Of a stretch of 64,000 nt of DNA, positions 29,073 through 40,558 are shown piece after piece (the stretch's first letter is position 1; the number at the start of each line of letters is the position of its first letter). This DNA comes from Octopus vulgaris (lineage: Eukaryota): assembly GCA_951406725.2 (NCBI GenBank), contig OX597838.1, forward strand, positions 5,890,001 to 5,954,000. Direction: 5' to 3'. The notes beneath the pieces were generated by a model, which searched no databases, was not told where the DNA came from, and saw only the letters and a program-made list of their open reading frames with translations. Both the position numbers and the translations under genes were made by a program.

Positions 29073-29080
29073 TAATGCTA
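28652..29080. repeat. (AAT)n microsatellite with patterned AGT/GAT variants
   Basis: Direct reading; the block ATAGTAATAATAGTAATAGTAATGATAATAATAATG recurs four times. Confidence 0.95.
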
Positions 29081-29341
29081 ATAACAAAACAACAATAACA
29101 GCGGTACTGGTAATACCTAATAACAGTTATAAATCTGAGGAGAATGTTGCAGACAGCAGGATGTGGGGAAATTATATTAGACAAGTTTGTTGAATGCAGG
29201 ATTGACGTCACGTAAGATTTATATTGAAGTAAATATACAATATAATATGCAATAACGTAATATAAAGAATATATGCACACACTCAAACACACACATATTT
29301 ACATCATATATATAAACATATATATATATATATATACATAC

Positions 29342-29449
<108 letters not shown>

Positions 29450-29674
29450 TTAAAATATATAGACATATATATATACATATAAATATATATATATATAGAC
29501 ATATATATATATATATAAAATATATATACGTATATATATATATATATATATATATTAAAATATATATACGTATATATATAAATATATATTAACATATATA
29601 TATATATAAATATATATATATATAGACACATATATATATATTAATATATATATACATATATATAAATATATATT

Positions 29675-29715
<41 letters not shown>

Positions 29716-30169
29716 GTAAACACACAAACACACACACACACATACACACACAGATATATATATATATATAAACGATGTGTATGGTACATGTGTACGCTCG
29801 AGTTTGTATGCATATACATTCACATACTCAAATATTCACACGCATATATACACAAACACACACACACTCGCACACACACACATTGTATATAGTGCAAATA
29901 TATTTCAATATCTAATTGGTAAATGCGAGGTAGAGATATATGCCGCACGATTGAGAGTTAACTTTTATACACACAGATATTTGCAGAGAGATGCACATAC
30001 TCCTATGACATCAAATGCATATTTTTAAATCTACAGTAAAATACGTGATATTCAGCATACAATATTGTGCATTATTATGTGGGATGAATACATACACTGA
30101 GACACTCAGACACACGCATGCATAAGTATGAAAATATACGTACATATATATACATACATACACACACAG

Positions 30170-30201
<32 letters not shown>

Positions 30202-30248
30202 GTATATGTATACACGTATATCTATCTATCTATCTATCTATATATCTA

Positions 30249-30290
<42 letters not shown>

Positions 30291-30332
30291 TATATATATA
30301 TCTATATATGTGTATATATATGTATGCATATA

Positions 30333-30376
<44 letters not shown>

Positions 30377-30454
30377 TATATGCATATATATATATGTATA
30401 TATATATGTGTATATATATATGCATATATATATATGAGTATATATATGTATATA

Positions 30455-30490
<36 letters not shown>

Positions 30491-30546
30491 CATATATGTA
30501 TATATATATATATGTATATATATATATTATATATATATATATATAT

Positions 30547-30635
<89 letters not shown>

Positions 30636-30657
30636 ATATATATGCATATATATGTGG

Positions 30658-30691
<34 letters not shown>

Positions 30692-31112
30692 TTATATATT
30701 CATATGCAGACAGGCACATAGAAACTAAAAACACACACACGTATGTATGCATATTTTTGCAGGTATGTATGTATATTGGTGTATGTACAACAAATTAATC
30801 AATCGTAGGATTTGTTTGAATCTAGGTATTTTAATATTTAGGGCGCCTTGAAAGACCTCAGCTCGGCATTCAGCAAATATATGCAACACAATAGATGCGT
30901 ATTCGTACGAATAAACACACCACACACACAAGCACACACACACACATTTATATAAATGTATGTGCACATAGATACATACATAGCAACAAGATCCAATGCA
31001 AAGTATAGATCCTAAACCATTCTAGGTACAGCGTTTGTATAAAATAAGATCAAAAGCGGACTGCAAAGGTTCACAAGAGCTGTTTAAGCAGCAATTTTTT
31101 TTATATATAGCT

Positions 31113-31329
31113 GAATAGATCGATTGCATTGATTCTATCATAAAACAAAATCTACTCGTATCAGGTGAGTAAAAATGTGAGCAGCAGAACTTTGAGAGCG
31201 ACTCGCTTTGTTACACATCGACGTGTAACAAAGCGAGGAACTCGGATTCCTCTTCTCCTACATTGATTTAAACTCACCTGATGAAAGCTAATATGTTTCA
31301 TTATGTAATCGACGTAATCGATCAGTTCG
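31113..31329. mobile_element. Imperfect palindromic MITE-like element with a perfect 15 bp central stem
   Basis: CTCGCTTTGTTACAC-ATCGAC-GTGTAACAAAGCGAG (31202-31237); outer matches ATCAGGTGAGT/ACTCACCTGAT and GATCGATT/AATCGATC. Confidence 0.7.
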
Positions 31330-31421
31330 TCAATAAAAATAAAACAGCAGTGGCGAACCTTCGGAATTCATTTTGTGTTTTACCACACAAAAACGCGCGC
31401 GCATGTATATATATGTTTATA

Positions 31422-31477
<56 letters not shown>

Positions 31478-31610
31478 GTACATAGATATATATATATGTG
31501 TGTGTATATATATGTACATATATATATATATGTGTGTGTATATATATATGTACATATATATATATATGAATATATATGTACATATAGATATATATATATA
31601 TATATGAATA

Positions 31611-31756
<146 letters not shown>

Positions 31757-33065
31757 AATATATATACACATATTATATTATAGTATATTACAAATCCACT
31801 AAAATCCTTCAAAAATAATTGTACTCAGTGACGCCTGACCAAAGAAGTAATTGATTTCGCCATTTAGCAAAGTGACAAAAGCACGATGTTTTAGCAATAT
31901 GCGTGTGACTGTTTGAAGGCTTGCATGAGTACGCACATTTAGAACGAAACAGGGCGCAATAAAGGTGTGATAATTAACTGTGCAGGTAATATATCCAGTG
32001 ATTCGCAAATACCGAAAATTACATAAACCAACACGGGAATGTATTATGCTTTCTCAAGTGTCGTTTCCTTAATTGTCGCCAAGATATAGCTTGCAAAATG
32101 TGTGCATGAAAGAAAAAAGTATCACTTCTCGTATTTTTACAGACCTTTTTATTCCGATTCTACACATATAAACATATATTATGGGGCCATTATGATATCA
32201 TTTTGCTTGTGGGCTTATTAAATATATTTCTATACATATTGGTGCCGGGAATATGTTTCTCTGAAACAAAAAATACTTTAAAAATCCTACTTATATTCAT
32301 CTTAAAATTTAGCGGGAACTAGGTTATGAAATATATACAATTAGCTGGCACCGTGCCGTCAAAAATGACAGCTAATTGTAGTATTTCATATAAAATAGCT
32401 TACAAAATGGGAAAATACAATCAAACAATGCTTCAGCTCTGTGTGTATGTGTGTGTGTGTGTGTGTATGTGTGTGCATGAGTGCGTGTATACATGTGTAC
32501 ACATTTATATGTATGAGTAGCACAGACTGTAGCGAACGCTTTTTTCTCTACTTTGTCACAGCCGGCTTCCTTATTCTCAAGTTTGTCTGTTTATATACAT
32601 ATCTATAGATATGTGTAAATGTGCGTGTGTCTGTAATTCTATTTTCTATGTATCTTTCTAAATAAGCATACAAAAAGCAAACTTGTACACTCGCTCAAAT
32701 ATATAAATAGATTTTACACAAACACGCTCACGCATACTCACACAGATTATAAGCGCTGCTTCATTCTTGTTTCACCGTTAACATTTCACCATCCCACTTT
32801 CATCGGTGGATCATCCCTTCCTCTCTCAATTATACGTTGTGACCGATAATAATACAGAAGAGTATTATTATAGTAGATTATGATTAGTGTAGAAGATACA
32901 CGGCACTCTCTTTGCCACTTCCTTTCTCTCATTGCTATTACTTTCTCTCACTCCCTCCTGACTCCCAGTCACGGCTACCCCATCACCGAATAACTATTTT
33001 CTCTTCTCTCCCTTCACCATTCACTCCTACTGCGTGATTTTTGACAAATATTGACAAATATTGAA

Positions 33066-33245
33066 CTCTTTTACTCTTTTTGACTGTGGTCATGCTGGAG
33101 CACCGCCTTTAGTCGAGCAAATCGACCCCAGTACTTATTATTTGTAAGCCTAGTACTTGTTCTATTGCTAAGATACGGAGACGTAAACACACGAACATCG
33201 GTTGTCAAGCGATGTTGGTGGGACAAACACAGACATACAAACATA
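33066..33245 (-). mobile_element. Family A SINE, 3' half only
   Basis: CTCTTTTACTC...CATGCTGGAGCACCGCCTTTAGTCGAGC...GGGACAAACACAGAC, running into the internal microsatellite. Confidence 0.85.
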
Positions 33246-33293
33246 CACACACATACATACATACATACATACATACATACACACATACATACA

Positions 33294-33325
<32 letters not shown>

Positions 33326-33488
33326 CATACATATACATATATACATATATATAAATACATACATAAATACACATATACACACACATATATATACATTCAT
33401 GCATATACATATACAAGTATACATACACATACATACACACACACGCACACATACATATACACACACACACATATACAAATACATACAT

Positions 33489-33523
<35 letters not shown>

Positions 33524-33873
33524 CATACATGTACACATATACATATGTATATATATATCAACAAGGGAGGGTAAAAGTTAATTAGTTATTAATCAATTTC
33601 ATCAAGTGTTCAGTATGTAAAGGGACCATTATTACTTTGAGTAAACAATGTTAGAGGGAAAAAATTCTCTAAGTAGTGGAAGAGTAAAAACTTTATTGGC
33701 TGCTATTTCTAGAAAGTTTAGTATGTGGCAAAGTAATTTATTTTATTTTCCTAAGTCTTAATTATATAATATTTTATACATACATACACATACATAAGCA
33801 CATACATTTACATACATATGCATATACATATATACATATATATACAAACATATATACATACACACACACACAC

Positions 33874-33909
<36 letters not shown>

Positions 33910-34164
33910 GCAAATATATATACATATATATTTTTACATGCATATACACACACACACACACACACATGCGTATATTCCTACTTATGCATTTATACATATA
34001 TACATACACACGCATACACATATAGAGGCAAGCGTGCACATATAATATGTGAAAGGTCTTAGGAGAAAAGGTATCTGCTAGGGGAACAGTGGGGTTGGGG
34101 CTGTGGGGGGGGCTGCAGGGGGGGTGTAGGGGGGGGGTTGTCATCAAGGTTGCTGGGTAGGTCC

Positions 34165-35461
34165 ATAGTTCTTGTAGTTGTCAGCTTATGCATGTAATTT
34201 GGGAGTACTGAAAAATGTTGCCGGCTTTAGAACAAGATCTCTAGGCTCTCTGATATGAAGAGGTCACAGCAGGTGTCCTCCTGTGTAGCTGGCATGCCTT
34301 CTTGCAGTAGTTTCCACTTGGTCTTGAAGGGATTGAGTTCTTCTTAAGGTACCAGATGTGGGCGGCGATTTTGGTTGAAGGCCGCCGGAACGAGTGTGTA
34401 TGTAAGGTACACAGCGGGAATTTTAGCTGTTGACGTCATTTCCAATGTAGATTTACTTTTATCGTCAAGGCCTGATCTATATATCGCATTTATATACTAG
34501 GTCTCCTCTGTAGGGGTATATTGTTAAGTTGAGGGGGCAAGTATCATGGCAGTTGCAATTGTTATCGGACGTTGGAGGATACTGGATAGTAGATATGTGT
34601 TTTCACATTGTTGTTACTCCAGTTAGCTAAAATGTGGTAGAGTAGGAGAGTCTAATAGTGTTCTTATTTAGGATAGTGTAGTACTTATGTATATGGGAAG
34701 TGTTTCTGTAGAGAGTGAAAAAGATCTTAGTTGTGACCTCAATGTTGAAGGGGGCTGTACTGGTCTAATGTTCTGTCTATTTTTCCTGGGTTGGCGTGGG
34801 CCATACTAGTGTAGTAACCTATATCTTTCACTGCGGGCTGGGGTCTGTTGTGCTTAAAGATATCTTTCCGTGGCGGACAGGCTGTAGACCCACAAGTGGT
34901 AGACACTTTACCAGGGTTATCTAATATATTTCCCATTTGGATAGTACACCTTATCTATCTATATATCTAAGGGTATTTGGCTATTCGTATGGTATAAAGT
35001 GAGGTTTTTAAGTCGAGGGTGACATCTATATTACCTTATATATAAAGTTGATTCTAGGGTATCCTAGCCTAAGTTTTTAAAGAAGGTGTGAAGATTTTCC
35101 TGCGCCATCCGTGGTCCTGGGGTTTATATAGTGGAGGGCGAAAAGGCCGTCATCTCGGTAAAGACCACCGGAGAGGCCTCAGAATAGGGTTTTCAGCCTC
35201 TATGAGGATGAAACCCACTAGGTCACTTATTTCAGCAGAGTCGTTAGCACCCATGCTGACGTCGAAGCAATACAGATTTTTTGTTGATCAATTGGGGATC
35301 CGTCATAGAAAAGAAAAGTGTGCGTGGAGGATCACATCTTGCTCGGCCTGGTGATGGTGGAGGATCTCCTGGTGCATCGATCAGCAAGCTCTCCGATATA
35401 GAGGCATGTAGTAATCCTCGATATCCAATTGTAAATCGGGTGTTGCTTTTATCTGGTAAAT
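34165..35461 (-). pseudogene. Inverted, indel-riddled copy of the Penelope-like RT-endonuclease ORF
   Basis: Reverse complement of 35475-36869 with many small deletions; fragments such as NILDN, FDVSMGANDSAEISDLVG and YRDDG remain readable. Confidence 0.85.
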
Positions 35462-36869
35462 AACTTGGTTCGGGATTTACCAGATAAAAGCAACACCCGA
35501 TTCCTACAACTGGATATCGAGGATTACTACGCCTCTATATCGGAGAGCTTGCTGATCGATGCGATTAACTTCGCCAGGAGGTCCTCCACCATCACCGAGG
35601 CCGAGCAAGAGGATCCTCCACGCACGTAAGACTTTTCTTTTCTATGACGGATCCTACTGGATCAACAAAAATCTGTGACCCATCCTCTTCGACGTCAGCA
35701 TGGGTGCTAACGACTCTGCTGAAATAAGTGACCTAGTGGGCCTTTTCATCCTCCATAGGGCTGAAACCCTATTCACAGGCCTCTCCGGTGGTCTTTACCG
35801 AGATGACGGCCTTTTCGCCCTCCACAATATAAACCCCAGGACCACGGATGGGTTCCGGAAAAATCTTCACACCTTCTTTAAAACTTAGGCCTTAGGATTA
35901 CCCTAGAATCCAACCCTAACAAAGGCTAACTTCCTAGATGTCACCCTCGACTTAAAAACCTCACTTTATTACCCGTACCACAAACCAAATGAATCCCTTA
36001 GATATATAGATATCAATTCCAACCACCCCAGAAATATATTAGATAACCTAGTAAAAAGTGTCTCAATTAGAATCAGCCTGTCCGCCACGGAAGATATCTT
36101 TAAGGCCGCAGCCCCCTATTACAACGAGGCCCTAGCCCGCAGTGGTTTTAAAGATAAGATTACCTACACTAGTATAGCCCCACGCCAACCCAGGAAAAAT
36201 AGACGAAGACACATTAGCTGGTACAACCCCCCCTTCAACCGTGAGGTCGCTACACCTGTAGCTAAGATCTTTTCACTCTCCTACAGAAACACTTCCCCAC
36301 CCAACATAAGTACTACACTATCCTAAATAAGAACACTATTAGACTCTCCTACTCTACCACGCCCAACCTAGCCAGGAACCTAGCCAACAACAATGTGAAA
36401 AACTTAACATATCTACTTTCTCCGGGGCCCATCCAACGTCCGATAGCAATTGCAACTGCCATGATAAAACCACCTGCCCCCTCAACAACAACTGCCTACA
36501 GAGGGACCTAGTATATAAATGCGAGGTAAGATCAGGCCTTGACGATAAAAGTAATCCTACATTGGAATGACGTCAAACAGCTTTAAGACCCGCTGGTACG
36601 CACATACACACTCGTTCCGGCGACAGGATAAATCCAACCAAACTACCTCGCCGCCCACATCTGGTACCTTAAAAGGAACTCAATCCCCTTCAAGACCAAG
36701 TGGAAACTACTACAGAAGGCGCTCGTACACAGGAGGACATACCTGCTGTGACCTATGCATATCAGAGAGCCTAGAGATCTTGTTCGCCAAAGGCCCTCTC
36801 CTTAACAAATTTTCAGAACACTCCCCAAATTGCATGCATAAGAAGTATGGTGAACTACAAGAACTATAG
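35460..36869 (+). pseudogene. Penelope-like retroelement (Naiad-type) RT + C-terminal GIY-YIG endonuclease, 5'-truncated, frameshifted
   Basis: Across frames: FLQLDIEDYYASISESLL (RT motif A), FDVSMGANDSAEISDLVGLFIL (motif B), GLYRDDGL (motif C), NFLDVTLDL, YIDINSNHP, WYNPPFN, CNCHDKTTCPLNNNC zinc knuckle, LVYKCEV...YIGMTSNSFKTRW (GIY-YIG), CDLCISE...LLNK...CMH, stop at 36867-36869. Confidence 0.92.
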
Positions 36870-37151
36870 ACCTACCCGGCAACCTGATTGATGACAACCC
36901 CCCCTACAACCCCCCCTACAACCCCTACAACCCCCCCCTACAACCCCCCCCCCCAACCCCACTGTTCCCCTAGCACCCCCGATTACCTTTCTCCTAAGAC
37001 CTTTCACATATTATATGTGCACGCTTGTATATGTGTATCGTATGTATGTATATATGTATAGAAATGCATGGGTACAGTAGGAATATACGCATGTATTATG
37101 TGTGTGTGTGTGTATGTATGCATGTAAAAATATATATGTATATATATTTGC

Positions 37152-37183
<32 letters not shown>

Positions 37184-37719
37184 GCTTGTATGTGTGTGTG
37201 TGTGTATGTGTATATGTGTTTGTATGTATATGTGTATATATGTATATGCATATGTATGTGTAAATGTATGTGCTATGTATGTGTATGTATGTATAAAATA
37301 TTATATAATTAGGGCTTAGGAAAATAAAATAAATTACTTTGCCACATACTAAACTTTCTAGAAATAGCAGCCAATAAAGTTTTTTAGCCTCTTCCACTAC
37401 TTAGAGAATTTTTTCCTCTAACATTGTTTACTCAAAATAATAATGGTCCCTTTACATACTGAACACTTGATGAAATTGATTAATAACTAATTAACTTACT
37501 CTCCTTGTTGATATATATATACATATGTATATGTGTACATGTATGTATATATATATATATATATGTGTGTGTGTATGTGTATGTATGTATTTGTATATGT
37601 GTGTGTGTATATGTATGTGTGCGCGTGTGTGTGTATGTATGTGTATGTATACTTGTATATGTATATGCATGAATGTATATATATGTGTGTGTATATGTGT
37701 ATTATGTATGTATTTATAT

Positions 37720-37830
37720 AGATATGTAGTTTATATATATATATGTATGTATATGCATCTGTCTGTGTGTGTGTATGTGTATATATGTGTATCATTTTTG
37801 CGTATGTATACATGTATATGTGTATATGTA

Positions 37831-37865
<35 letters not shown>

Positions 37866-38064
37866 GTGTATATATATGTATATATATATATATGCATACG
37901 TATGTGTATGTACATGTATATATGTATGTGTGTATATGTATATATGTTTATATATATAGTAGTAGATATAAGTATATGCATGTGTATGTATGGGTATGTG
38001 TATCAGTGTATATGTATATATGTATGTGTGTGTGTATGTATATGTATGTATATGTGTATATATG

Positions 38065-38103
<39 letters not shown>

Positions 38104-38128
38104 GTGTGTATGTATGTGTATGTGTATG

Positions 38129-38159
<31 letters not shown>

Positions 38160-38172
38160 GTATATGTATATA

Positions 38173-38214
<42 letters not shown>

Positions 38215-38706
38215 TGCGGTGTGTATGTATGCATTATATGTATGTATGTATGTATATGTGTATGTATATATATGTGTGTAAGTGTGTGCATATATGTATA
38301 TGTAAGTATGTGTGCGCGTATGAGTATGTATGTATGCTTGCACACGTGTATATATATGTGTGTGTGTATATATATGGATGCGCGTGCGTGTGTGCACGTG
38401 TATGGGTACGCATGTATATGTGTATGTGCGTGTGTATGCGTATACGTGTATGTATGTATGTGTGTGCGTAGATTTGTATATGTATGTGTGAGTGTGTATA
38501 TATATATATATATATATATACATATATATAGATGGGTGTGTGTATGCGTATAAATGCATGTAAGTATGGATGTATGGATGTATGTATGTATGTATACGTA
38601 TGTATGTGTGTATGTGTGTATGTATATATATATGTGTGTATATATGTTTGTGTATGTATATATATGTGTATGTATGTGTGTGTATATGTATGTGTGTATG
38701 TGTATG

Positions 38707-38762
<56 letters not shown>

Positions 38763-39444
38763 TATGTATCTGTATGTAGGAGTATATATGTGTGTGTGTA
38801 TGTATATGCGGGTATATATATATATATGTATATTTATTGGTGTATATGTATAGACTAGCCTCCTAAAGTGTAGACACGAATCTGTAGGTACGAGTACGTA
38901 TGTGTATATACGTGAACGTATGTAGATGTTTGTATGTATGAATATAACGCGTGCGTACGTGTATGTGTATGAGTGTACGAATGGGTGAATGTACGTGCTA
39001 ATGAGTGTGCGTGCGGGAATGAGTACTTGCCTTCTAGTAGACAGACAAATGGACATGCAGCCATTGCCAGATTCTTAGCTCTAGCGATCAAAGATAACTA
39101 AAGTAATAAATGAAGATAATAAAATTAAAATTAGGGAATGGGCCTGTATTGGATTGTATATATATATATGTGTAAATATGTGTATATATATAGGGTAACT
39201 AGGTGTGTTATGTGTGCATGAGTATATGTGCATGTGTATATATATTTTTCTGTGTATATGTATGTATGTGTGTGGTCGTGGGTATATATATATATACATG
39301 TGTGTATGCGTGCATGCATGGGAGTGAGTGTATGCATATATACGTGTGTGTATGTGTAGACAGGTATATGCATGTGCATGTGTATAAATTTGTATATGTG
39401 GGCGGGTGTATGTATGTGTGTATGTAGATATGTATGTATGTGTG

Positions 39445-39511
<67 letters not shown>

Positions 39512-39560
39512 ATATATATGTGTATGTATGTATGTGTATACATGTGTGTATAGGTATAAG
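37720..39560. repeat. Long degenerate (TA/TG)n low-complexity tract
   Basis: Direct reading; source of the 441 aa and other YI/HT ORFs. Confidence 0.9.
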
Positions 39561-39665
39561 TGAGAATCTCCTTATTTACCTATAACTCTATCCCCCTTTT
39601 TATATATATATTTTTATATATATATTTTTTATATATATTTTTTTATTTTTTTTATTTTTTATTAT

Positions 39666-39706
<41 letters not shown>

Positions 39707-39777
39707 CCAAAAGTCCCCCACCACCACTCCTTTAAACCTGCCTAAATGTATAAATGCTAATACAATTCTTGTTAAAT

Positions 39778-39828
39778 AGCTTCCTGAAGATTTCTCTTGA
39801 ATGAAACAGTACTAGTCCTGTAGAAGCT
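39778..39828 (+). ncRNA. Type I hammerhead ribozyme motif (probable PLE pseudo-LTR)
   Basis: Stem I AGCTTC/GAAGCT; core CTGAAGA; stem II TTC-TCTT-GAA closed by a U.U mismatch; GAAA; stem III ACAG/CTGT; cleavage triplet GTA; AATAAA at 39839-39844; (TA)n after ~39914. Confidence 0.7.
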
Positions 39829-39910
39829 CCTTCTATATAATAAATTAATTTTACTCTGCTATGTATTGAGTACCTTACTTACTGTGGTTAACCCCGAATC
39901 AACCCGGGAC

Positions 39911-39942
<32 letters not shown>

Positions 39943-39944
<2 letters not shown>

Positions 39945-40090
39945 GGCGAGTTTCTTTTAGTTTCCATCTACCAAATCTATTCGCAAGGTAGTTGTCGGTG
40001 TGAGGCTACAGTAGAAGACGCATACACAAGGCATCGGGTAGTAGGACTGAACCCGGAATCATGTGGCTGGGATGCAAGTTTCTTACTACA
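39943..40090 (-). mobile_element. Family A SINE, 5' half only (diverged)
   Basis: AGTTTCCATCTACCAAATC...GAGGCTACAGTAGAAGAC...GGACTGAACCCGGAATCATGTGG. Confidence 0.75.
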
Positions 40091-40142
40091 AAAGTGGAAT
40101 ACAAAGTACAAAAGCACAAAACGACTTTGACATGTTTATATT

Positions 40143-40558
40143 AATTCTTTATTACTCACAGGAGGCTAAACATAGAGGGGACAAACAAGGACGGATAAAC
40201 GGGTTAAGTCGATTACAACGACCCTAGTGCGTAACTGGTACTTATTCAATCGGACCCGAATGGATGAAAGACAAAGTCGACCTCGGTGGAATTTGAACCC
40301 AGAACGTAACTGCTGACGAATTACCTATTTATTTCCTACGCACAAGGGGCTATACACAGAGAGGACAAACAAGGACAAACAAATGGATTAAGTCGATTAT
40401 ATCGACCCCAGTGCGTAACTGGTACACATTTAAGTGACCCCGAAAGAATGAAAGGCAAAGTCGACCTCGGCGGAATTTGAACTCAGAACGTATCGGTAGA
40501 CGAAATACCTCTCAGCATTTCGCTCGGCGTGCTAACGGTTCTGGCAGCTCGTCGCCTT
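40143..40558 (-). mobile_element. Family B SINE, tandem dimer
   Basis: Same head and same internal junction (GACGAA.TACCTATTT) as 27753-28224. Confidence 0.9.

Larger units (their letters stand above)
33345..37720. repeat. ~4.4 kb inverted repeat with a 13 nt spacer at 35462-35474
   Basis: ...GGGTGTTGCTTTTATCTGGTAAAT [AACTTGGTTCGGG] ATTTACCAGATAAAAGCAACACCC...; symmetry continues through the ORF, poly-G/poly-C tract, 33558-33780 vs 37290-37511, and the flanking microsatellite pattern. Confidence 0.92.

Noticed and set aside
31272-31300. CCTGATGA suggesting another hammerhead
   Set aside because: No stem II plus GAAA downstream; it is an arm of the palindromic element.
37455-37500. TGATGAA followed by an AT-rich stem, as a possible SECIS or hammerhead in the PLE 3' UTR
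   Set aside because: No matching GA quartet partner or GAAA core could be placed.
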